Notes under the pieces: generated by a model
The model's input: the letters and a program-made list of their open reading frames with translations, nothing else
Databases searched by the model: none
What the model was told of the DNA's origin: nothing
Shown: in pieces, positions 9,274-16,395 of the stretch
Numbering within the stretch: the first letter of the stretch is position 1
Layout of the letters: each line of letters begins with the position of its first letter
Assembly (NCBI GenBank): GCA_044226625.1
Contig: JBGAGQ010000047.1
Span: 1-51,228, forward strand
Length of the DNA: 51,228 nucleotides
Direction of reading: 5' to 3'
Source: Thermoanaerobaculia bacterium
GTDB taxonomy: Bacteria > Acidobacteriota > Thermoanaerobaculia > Multivoradales > UBA5704
Program-made: the position numbers and the translations under genes

Positions 9274-10526
9274 GCGACCGCCAACTCCGGATCCACCTCG
9301 GCATGCTCCCGGCGAGCGCCTTTGCGCCGTGTTGCCGCAAATCCCTGCCCGGTTCCGGGATGAGGCTCGTGGTCTCCGATCAGATGCCAGTACTTCTCAG
9401 GTACCTGCCGTACTCGCTCTCGGCGGGGGACCGCGCCGCGAGTCTTAGGAACGAGCACAGATTCGACCTCAATTTTTTCTCCAAAAATCTGGCGGCGGAT
9501 TGAACGCGCCAAAACTTCCGCCAAAGCGGAAGGTACCGCGTTTCCCAGTTGCCGCTGTACAGAGGCGAGGTTACCTAGGACCGTGTAGCCATCCGGCACG
9601 GTCTGAAGACGGCAGAGCTCTCGCGCCGAGAGGCGCCGATTCTTCCAGTGAAAGGGACCGATCGCCGGGCCGGGTTGCGCCTGAATGGTCCAAGAAGGTA
9701 GGCCCTTAGCAAGCTTCAGGAGAAAGCTCCAGTAACGCCTACGCCAACCGAACAAGCTCTGTCCGCCGCCGCGCGCCGTATGCCAGAGATAGTTTTCTCC
9801 CTCAGGAATCGAAGGCAGGAGCTCAGCCCAGTAGCCCCGCATTTGAAGCGACGGGTCTTCGTCTTTCTCCAGATCGCCGATTGCGTCCCAAGCCGTAGCG
9901 TACGGTCTGGCGCCTAGCACGGTTTGACCGCCGCTTTCCGAGGCGTGAGTTGGAGTGGGAAACGAGAAACCCTGCCCGTCACGTCCCCCAATTACAAACA
10001 CACGTTCCCGGAGCTGGGGCACGCCGTAATCTGCGGCATTGAGTCGCGCCACGGCGAGCTCATAGCGGGTCCCCCGCTCCCTATTGATCGCTTGGACCGA
10101 TTTGGCTATCAGCTCGATACCCTCGCTCTTGCCCCGAAAGGTGAGTCCTGGAACGTTCTCCAGCAGGAATACCTTGGGCAAGGTGTCCCGCAGCACTCGT
10201 AGGTAAGCGCCGAGCGTGCCCGCGCGCGGGTCGTCAAGACGAAGCGTATCGCCTGACGACCAGTAGCCGGATTTCGAAAATGGCTGGCAAGGCGGTCCCC
10301 CGATCAGCGCGTCCGCTTCTCCTTCGCCCAGGCCCGCCGTGGCCAGAATCTCGGACGAGAGAATCGAATGGATGTCCCGATCGAGCACCGGCCAGTCTCG
10401 GTTATGTCGAAGAGTGGCGACCGCTTCCGAATCGATCTCCACGGCTACCGCCGTCTTGAATCCAGCCGCTTCAAAGCCGAGGTCAAGACCGCCCGCTCCC
10501 GTGTAGAGGCTGATCAGCTTGGGCAT
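9270..10526 (-). CDS. dcm: DNA (cytosine-5)-methyltransferase
   Basis: SLYTGAGGLDLG (I), GGPPCQPFS (IV), LLENV (VI), YGVPQLRERVF (VIII), RELCRLQ (IX), QLGNAVP (X). Confidence 0.95.
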   Translation of the reverse strand: MPKLISLYTGAGGLDLGFEAAGFKTAVAVEIDSEAVATLRHNRDWPVLDRDIHSILSSEILATAGLGEGEADALIGGPPCQPFSKSGYWSSGDTLRLDDPRAGTLGAYLRVLRDTLPKVFLLENVPGLTFRGKSEGIELIAKSVQAINRERGTRYELAVARLNAADYGVPQLRERVFVIGGRDGQGFSFPTPTHASESGGQTVLGARPYATAWDAIGDLEKDEDPSLQMRGYWAELLPSIPEGENYLWHTARGGGQSLFGWRRRYWSFLLKLAKGLPSWTIQAQPGPAIGPFHWKNRRLSARELCRLQTVPDGYTVLGNLASVQRQLGNAVPSALAEVLARSIRRQIFGEKIEVESVLVPKTRGAVPRRERVRQVPEKYWHLIGDHEPHPGTGQGFAATRRKGARREHAEVDPELAVA

Positions 10527-10539
10527 TATTACGTCCTAT

Positions 10540-11058
10540 TTACGCCTTCTTTTCGCCCGAGTCAAGAGCGGAAGTCGCCGAGCGACTCAGAGGCCGCCTC
10601 TCCTGCAGTATAGCCAGAACGCCGTTTGCTACCCCTTCGGGATCGGAACGGACTTCAGATTCCCAGATGTGTAGGACGGTCCAGCCCCGATGGAGTAGCT
10701 CGTGCGTATTCTGCCAATCCCGCTCGAGGTTCCGTTCGATCTTCGCAAGCCAATAAGCCGAATTGGCGCCACGGCCCAGCTTGCGACGGCGGGTTTCCCA
10801 ATCCCGGCCGTGCCAGAAGTCGCCATCGCAAAAAATCGCGACCCGCGCGCCAAGGAAAACGATGTCGGGGCACCCAGGAAGGTCTTTAAAGTTCTTCCGG
10901 TACCGGCAGCCCCTGGCCCACAGAGCCTGCCGAAGGGCGACCTCGCAGCGAGTATCCGACTTCTTGCTGCTTCCTCGAGCCGCCGACGTCGCCCTATCCG
11001 ACGCGGGGCGAAGGCCTTGGAAACTGGGTGTGGCAGGAGCTCGAAATCGGGTCATCAC
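10540..11058 (-). CDS. vsr: Very short patch repair endonuclease
   Basis: DTRCEVALRQALW, LPGCPDIVF, FCDGDFWHG, YWLAKIERNLERD, GWTVLHIWE. Confidence 0.93.
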   Translation of the reverse strand: MMTRFRAPATPSFQGLRPASDRATSAARGSSKKSDTRCEVALRQALWARGCRYRKNFKDLPGCPDIVFLGARVAIFCDGDFWHGRDWETRRRKLGRGANSAYWLAKIERNLERDWQNTHELLHRGWTVLHIWESEVRSDPEGVANGVLAILQERRPLSRSATSALDSGEKKA

Positions 11059-11065
11059 CGGAAGC

Positions 11066-11890
11066 CTACTTCTGCTCGACGAACGCCACGATGCGGGCGA
11101 AGGCGGCCTCTCCTCCTTTGAAGCGGAACGGGAAGCAGCCGAGCCAGACGCGCTGGTCGAGCACCTCGTCGATCTGACCGCCGACGTTCTCGGCGTGAAA
11201 CACGCCGTGGGGGAAGAGCTTCACGTGCATGCACTGATAGTCCTCGGGCCACGGGAACGCCTGGTCGAGGCTCATGCCGATGGCGGCTTCGACTTCCGGG
11301 ATCAAGTCGGGCCGGGCCTTGCGGACGTTGGTGTTCCATGGATGGTCCGCCGCGATGCAGTCGACTGCCAGCCATCGGATGCCCCGATCGAGGATCCACT
11401 GACAGAAGCGCGCCTGCGGGCCGGGGTGCTTCAAGAACATCTTCGGCAGATCGGGCTTTTCCTGATTGTAGACCTTGTACCAATCCTCGTTGTAGTAGTG
11501 GTGGTAGCCGGTGTGGATGATCAGGATGTCGCCGCGCTCGATCCGGATACCAGTCTTCCGCTCCCACTCCTCGAAGTGCTCCGGACCGTAGATCTGGTAG
11601 TCGCCGATCCCGAACTGCGAGATGTCGACGATGCAAGCCGGACCCATCAGCGTGTCGAGCGAGATGCCCGCGATGTCCGGACCCGGATCGTAAAAGTGGT
11701 AGGGCGAATCGAGGTGCGTCGCGATGTGGTTGGTGGTCGAGAGAAACTGCGCGTTCACCCCTTCGAACGCGAGCCGCTTCACCCACTTGACCGTCGGCCC
11801 CTCGTAGAAGGCGAACGACGGGGAATCGACGCTGAAATTCTGCGACAGGTCGAGGACCTTCACCTTGCTCATGTCGTATGGGACGTACAT
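11066..11890 (-). CDS. Cyclase family protein (kynurenine formamidase-like metal hydrolase)
   Basis: DLSQ, HIATHLDSPYHF (HxGTHxDxPxH variant), GDILIIHTG, AENV, PFRFKGGEAAFARIVA. AGGAG RBS. Confidence 0.9.
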   Translation of the reverse strand: MYVPYDMSKVKVLDLSQNFSVDSPSFAFYEGPTVKWVKRLAFEGVNAQFLSTTNHIATHLDSPYHFYDPGPDIAGISLDTLMGPACIVDISQFGIGDYQIYGPEHFEEWERKTGIRIERGDILIIHTGYHHYYNEDWYKVYNQEKPDLPKMFLKHPGPQARFCQWILDRGIRWLAVDCIAADHPWNTNVRKARPDLIPEVEAAIGMSLDQAFPWPEDYQCMHVKLFPHGVFHAENVGGQIDEVLDQRVWLGCFPFRFKGGEAAFARIVAFVEQK

Positions 11891-11973
11891 GGTTGCTCCT
11901 CTTTGGACGGAACGGGTTTCCGGGTCACCAATTCTCGCACGGGGGACTATCCACCAAAATCAAGCATCCGCGC

Positions 11974-12003
11974 TTGACCTTCAGGAATGAGTTGGCCTAC
12001 ATT
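11974..12003 (+). promoter_or_regulatory. Candidate sigma70 promoter for the peptide/PDZ cassette
   Basis: TTGACC-N18-TACATT in an AT-rich gap 45 nt upstream of ATG 12049. Confidence 0.4.
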
Positions 12004-12048
12004 CGATACTGCTTGAGATTTTCTCTAGCCATTCGATGAGGCATCGCC

Positions 12049-12327
12049 ATGAAATCCGGCTTTAGCGTGAGAAGGCTTCGAAGGAAGGTCTGGATGACGC
12101 TACGTGCACTCTTTGTTGCAGGAATGGTGTCTTTGCCGTCCGCAGTCCCCGCAAGTGCCTGCTGGAATTGTGCTTTCAACAATGAGGACTGCATTCCCAC
12201 CTGGACAGGATTCGATGACTGCCTCCAAAGAGTCGTCGTAGTGCAGGGCGTTGAATTCCACTTTTGCAGCCCCACCGGGTTTTCGTGCAGCTATAGCGGA
12301 CTCCCTGGACATCGTCCCCCCGTCTAG
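12049..12327 (+). CDS. Secreted Cys-rich small peptide (6 Cys)
   Basis: GAGG RBS, basic N-region plus hydrophobic stretch ending ASA|C, 55-aa mature part with 6 Cys. Stop is 2 nt from the next start. Confidence 0.7.
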   Translation: MKSGFSVRRLRRKVWMTLRALFVAGMVSLPSAVPASACWNCAFNNEDCIPTWTGFDDCLQRVVVVQGVEFHFCSPTGFSCSYSGLPGHRPPV

Positions 12328-12329
12328 CG

Positions 12330-14327
12330 GTGGCCTCGCGCATGCGTTGGGTTCTTGCTTTCGCGCTACTGAGCTACGCGTGGAGGGTCGAGGCTTCCGA
12401 AGCCCACCTCAAGATCTACGCGGAGTCGCCGGCCGAACCGCGCGGCGCGGGTCGGCCGGCGCTTTCCGGAACGATCCACGGCAAGATAGATCGGTCGGCG
12501 AAAGGGCCTTCTCCCATGCGCCTCTCGGCTCGATTCCTTGCGCCTGACCCCACCGGCACCGCTCGCCGATCCGTGCTGTCTGCCTGCAACCTGGAGAGAA
12601 GCTCGTTCCGATGCGATTTGCCGCCGGGGAAGCTCGACGTGGCGCTCGTGGCCCCGGGATTTTCTCCCTTCTACCTGTGGGGTCTCGAGATCGTACCTGG
12701 CCAAGACACCGATCTAGGAGCGGTCCGCTGGACGGTCGGTGCGTCTGTTTCGGGATGGATCGTCGTTCCGACGAGGGACGACTCCCCGGTCAAGATCGCT
12801 GTTGCGCCGGAGAACACAGGCTGGCGCAGCGATCCGGTATCTGAAAGAGCCGCCCTACGCAACGCTGAAACTCGAGCCGACGAACGCGGCTTCTTTCAGA
12901 TCGTCGGACTGTCCCCGGGGGCCTATCGACTGACGGCCGAGCGCAACGACCTTGCCAAGGCCGGAATGTCGATCGAACTCGGCGAAGGGGAAGAGCGCCG
13001 GTTGCCCCAACCCCTGCGGCTCGAGCCACCGATCACCCTCGAAGCTTTCGTCCGGCCGGCCGAAGCCGGAGGCAAGGCCTTGACCTGCGTGCTGGAACGG
13101 CTGGTTCCTCGAACGAACGTCGTTCAAGAGACGGCTCGTGGGTCGGTCGGCACGGATGGAGGATGTTCGGCAGGTAAACTGGAACCGGGCCGGTATACGT
13201 TTCGAGTCGTCGACAGCTCGAACAGCACGTTCTACGTCGCCGAGATCGAAGTCGAAGCGGACATGGCCCCGCTTTCGATCGATCTCGATTTCGTGGAGGT
13301 GGAAGGAAGGGTGACCGTCGGCGATTCCCACCCCTTGCGGGGCAGAGTGATCTTCGGCACGCTCAATCGCCAGCCCAACGTCACGGCCGAATCGGACGAA
13401 GAGGGCAAGTTCTCCACCCTCCTTCCCCGGGGCGGCGAGTGGCCCGTCGACGTGGTGGACGCCGACGGGACTTACCACGCGCCGAACGTCGACGTTCGGC
13501 GTAGTGCGGACGGAAAACCTTCTTGGGTCGATGTCGAGCTTCCTGACACCGCGATCCGCGGAACCGTTCGCGAAAAGGGTGAACCGGTTGCTGGCGCGAT
13601 CGTCTTGGCTCAACGCCAAGAGGAGGACAAGTTCCGGCGAGAGGCCTTCACGCGCAGCGGGAAGGATGGAACCTACCGATTGCGAGGGGTGCGTCCGGGC
13701 GATTTTCTTCTCCGCGCCTACACCCAGACCAGCTCTTCCCGCTGGCGCGAGCTGAAGATCGGGAAGGACGAAAAGCCTGGCGAGATCGATCTGGTTCTCA
13801 ACCGCCAACTTGAAGTTTCGGTCCGTGTAGTAGGTCCGCAGGGTCCGATTTCGGGAGCCTCGGTGACGGCTTTTCCCGTAATCCACGGACAGACCGAGTC
13901 ATGGACCCATCGCGGGGTAACAGAAGCGGACGGCGAGTTCCAATGGACCGACGTTGACGGCGAGGCCGAGGCGCTCGACCTCCTCGTCATTGCCGCGAGC
14001 TACGGGGCTCGGCTGCTTCGGGCTCCCCTCGCCGCCGCCAACGGCGCTCCGCTCACGATCCGTCTCGATCCGGAACAAGGCAGCCTGCGTTTGAGCGGAA
14101 AGCAGCTTGCGTCCGCCCCGCTCCTCCTGGCGGCGGGGGCTCGAATGCCGCTTTCCGTCGTCCTGCAGAATTTCCTCGTGGCGGGTCTAGCAAACGACGG
14201 TGCTGAAGGGCTGACTCTGAACGGATTCTCCCCGGGCACGTATTCGCTGTGCGGATCGCCACAGACCTGCGAGACCGGCGAACTCCGCAACGGCGAGCGC
14301 TTCTCGTTTTCGGCCGATTCGGAGTGA
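12330..14327 (+). CDS. Secreted protein with multiple carboxypeptidase-regulatory-like (CnaB-type) domains
   Basis: Signal peptide, then repeated motifs ADERGFFQIVGLSPGAYRL, SDEEGKF, IRGTVREKGEPVAGAIV, SGKDGTYRLRGVRPGDF, GPISGASV. Confidence 0.85.
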   Translation: MASRMRWVLAFALLSYAWRVEASEAHLKIYAESPAEPRGAGRPALSGTIHGKIDRSAKGPSPMRLSARFLAPDPTGTARRSVLSACNLERSSFRCDLPPGKLDVALVAPGFSPFYLWGLEIVPGQDTDLGAVRWTVGASVSGWIVVPTRDDSPVKIAVAPENTGWRSDPVSERAALRNAETRADERGFFQIVGLSPGAYRLTAERNDLAKAGMSIELGEGEERRLPQPLRLEPPITLEAFVRPAEAGGKALTCVLERLVPRTNVVQETARGSVGTDGGCSAGKLEPGRYTFRVVDSSNSTFYVAEIEVEADMAPLSIDLDFVEVEGRVTVGDSHPLRGRVIFGTLNRQPNVTAESDEEGKFSTLLPRGGEWPVDVVDADGTYHAPNVDVRRSADGKPSWVDVELPDTAIRGTVREKGEPVAGAIVLAQRQEEDKFRREAFTRSGKDGTYRLRGVRPGDFLLRAYTQTSSSRWRELKIGKDEKPGEIDLVLNRQLEVSVRVVGPQGPISGASVTAFPVIHGQTESWTHRGVTEADGEFQWTDVDGEAEALDLLVIAASYGARLLRAPLAAANGAPLTIRLDPEQGSLRLSGKQLASAPLLLAAGARMPLSVVLQNFLVAGLANDGAEGLTLNGFSPGTYSLCGSPQTCETGELRNGERFSFSADSE

Positions 14328-14345
14328 CGCCTCAGGAAGGGGACT

Positions 14346-15147
14346 ATGACGAGATCTTTCAAAAGAGCGCTCCTGGCGCTCCTGCCGGCCCTGCTTCTGG
14401 GAGTCGGCGAGTCGGCCTCGAGTGCTGAGACTTCCAACGCCCGGCGTGGCTTGCTCGGTGCCGAGCTCCAAGCCGAAGGCGATCGGGCTCGCGTCGTAGC
14501 GGTCACCTCGGGGGGGCCTGCGGCCAAGGCCGGCCTTGCGCCCGACGATCTGATCGTCGCCTTCAACGGATCGGGGTTCCGTTTCGCTACGGATCGCGAG
14601 CTCATCGAAGGCGGTGGCGTGGAAGACCCAGCCCTCCGGCTCGCAGTTCCGTTTCGCTACGGATCGCGAGCTCATCGAAGGGCTTGGCTGGATTCGCGCC
14701 GGCAAGCCGGTGCGTCTGTCCTTTCTTCGGGCGGGCTCGAGGCGCGAGGCGGCCGTCATGCCGAGAGCTGCATCAGACGAAGAGCAACGGGCCCTCGACT
14801 CCTGGCTGGCCGTCGCGCGCGGCGATGAAGAGCGCCTACGCCGCGAGCGCGCGCAGGCGGACTTCGAAGCAATGGTGAGACACCAGCCATTGGACATCAC
14901 CTTTCTCCGCTCGGCTACTGGTGTCGAGATCTCTTCGAAAACCCTGCTTCCGCTCGGGCTTGACCTCAACAACCGAGTGCTCGACGCGCTGACGAACGCC
15001 CTGCACGTCAGCGACCGAATGGTGATCCGCTACGGCTGGGAGAATGCCAAAAACGCGCTAAAGATGGATGTCGTAACGAGCCCGAGCCATGTCGATGTGG
15101 ATGCCGTGCTTGCGGAAGTCCGCGGCACGCCAGCAAAGCGCCAGTAG
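14346..15147 (+). pseudogene. Secreted PDZ-domain protein frameshifted by a 70-bp insertion
   Basis: Signal peptide and RGLLGAEL...VVAVTSGGPAAKAGLAPDDLIVAFNG in one frame; the rest of the PDZ (LGWIRAGKPVRLSFLRAG) in the +1 frame. Deleting 14612-14681 restores one 243-aa ORF. Confidence 0.85.
14576..14681 (+). repeat. Perfect 36-bp direct repeat flanking a unique 34-bp insert (CRISPR-like repeat-spacer-repeat unit)
   Basis: GTTCCGTTTCGCTACGGATCGCGAGCTCATCGAAGG at 14576-14611 and 14646-14681; insert CGGTGGCGTGGAAGACCCAGCCCTCCGGCTCGCA. Confidence 0.95.
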
Positions 15148-15150
15148 CCT

Positions 15151-16395
15151 TCAAAATTCATAGCGCTCGGCAAATGCGACCAGCGCCTCTTCGAATAGCG
15201 AAAGCGGCGGGCGGACCAACCCGGCGCCGACCTGGCCGACTCCGGCTTCTTTGTGGGCGATGCCGGTGTTGACGCGCGGCGGGATCTGGAGCTCGACCAC
15301 TTTTCTCAGGTCGATGCCCACGGGCGTGCCGCGAAAGCCAAGCGCGGGGATCGTCCAGTGCGGATGCTCGGCTGCGGTGATCTCGTACATCTCGAGGGTG
15401 GCGTCGCGCGCGTCTTCCGGACGGCCGCCGATGAAGGTGACGATCGCGGGGGCGGCGGCCATCGCGAAGGCGCCGATGCCCGCGGTTTCGGTGATCGTCG
15501 AGTCGCCGATGTCGGGGTTTGCGTCGGCGTTCGAAAAGCCCGGGAAGTAGAGCCCGTCGGGCACCGCGGCGGGAGCCGTGAACCAGCGGTCGCCGAGCCC
15601 CGAGACGCGGATGCCGAAGTCGGTTCCGTTCCGCGCCATGGTCGAGACGATCGTGCTCCCGGGAACTCCATGCGCCGCGTCCGCCATCGACTTGCTGGCG
15701 GCCATCACGGGGTTCAGGACCGAGAGCGGATTCGCGCCGAGAAATTCGAGGATCTCCCCCGCCCTAGGCGCTCTGGAAAGATGTGGCGCGAGCGCTTTCA
15801 GGAAGAGCAGCGAGCCCGCTTTGTTCCGGTTGTGCCCCTCGTCGCCCATCTGGAGCGCCTCGGCGATCAGGGCGCGAAGATCGAGGCCGCCCGCCGCGGC
15901 GAGCGCCGCGCCGAGCGCGGGCGCCATCGTTTCGTTCATCCAGCGGAGCTTCGCGAGCACCTCGGGCGCATAGGCGCCGTAACGGAGCACCTTGCCGTAC
16001 CCCTCGTTCAGGTTCGAGAACGTGCGGCGGCCGGAGGTCTCGTCCTCGAGGACGTAGACCTGCATCGAGGGAGAGATCACGCCCGCCATGGGCCCCACCG
16101 CACCCCGATGGTGGCAGGGCTCGAAGCGGACGCCGCCCGACTCGACGAGGGATTTGGCCTCCGCCTCGCTCTTCGCCCGTCCCTCGAAGAGAAGGGCGCC
16201 GATCACCGCGCCGCGCAGCGGCCCGGACATCCGTGCCCACTCGATCGGCGGCCCGGCGTGGAGCAGGAGATCTTCGGAGAAATCGCCGATCGCCTCGCGC
16301 GCTGCGGCGATCCCGACGAGGCGAGGGCGGGCGGCGGTCATCCGCTCGATCGCCGTGCGGTTCGCCTGGTCGATGTCGGGCTTGGGGTCGCTCAT
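15151..16395 (-). CDS. DUF1116 family protein (YlbE/AllG-like)
   Basis: LLHAGPPI, PCHHRGAVGPMAGVIS, NEGYGKVLRYGA, MGDEGHNRN, RNGTDFGI, DIGDSTITE, NTGIAHK. Confidence 0.92.
   Translation of the reverse strand: MSDPKPDIDQANRTAIERMTAARPRLVGIAAAREAIGDFSEDLLLHAGPPIEWARMSGPLRGAVIGALLFEGRAKSEAEAKSLVESGGVRFEPCHHRGAVGPMAGVISPSMQVYVLEDETSGRRTFSNLNEGYGKVLRYGAYAPEVLAKLRWMNETMAPALGAALAAAGGLDLRALIAEALQMGDEGHNRNKAGSLLFLKALAPHLSRAPRAGEILEFLGANPLSVLNPVMAASKSMADAAHGVPGSTIVSTMARNGTDFGIRVSGLGDRWFTAPAAVPDGLYFPGFSNADANPDIGDSTITETAGIGAFAMAAAPAIVTFIGGRPEDARDATLEMYEITAAEHPHWTIPALGFRGTPVGIDLRKVVELQIPPRVNTGIAHKEAGVGQVGAGLVRPPLSLFEEALVAFAERYEF

Noticed and set aside
12049-12327. Cys-rich peptide as a RiPP precursor (lanthipeptide, ranthipeptide or bufferin)
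   Set aside because: No LanB/C/M, radical SAM, YcaO or DUF692 enzyme is adjacent. A Sec signal plus an even Cys count points to disulfides.
14576-14681. Canonical functional CRISPR-Cas locus or IS footprint
   Set aside because: There are only two repeats, no AT-rich leader and no cas genes, and the repeat is native coding sequence. 36 bp is too long for an IS target duplication and the insert has no terminal inverted repeats. Kept only as an ectopic acquisition hypothesis.
14346-15147. Two separate genes (14346-14828 and 14614-15147)
   Set aside because: They are the halves of one PDZ gene offset by the 70-bp insertion.
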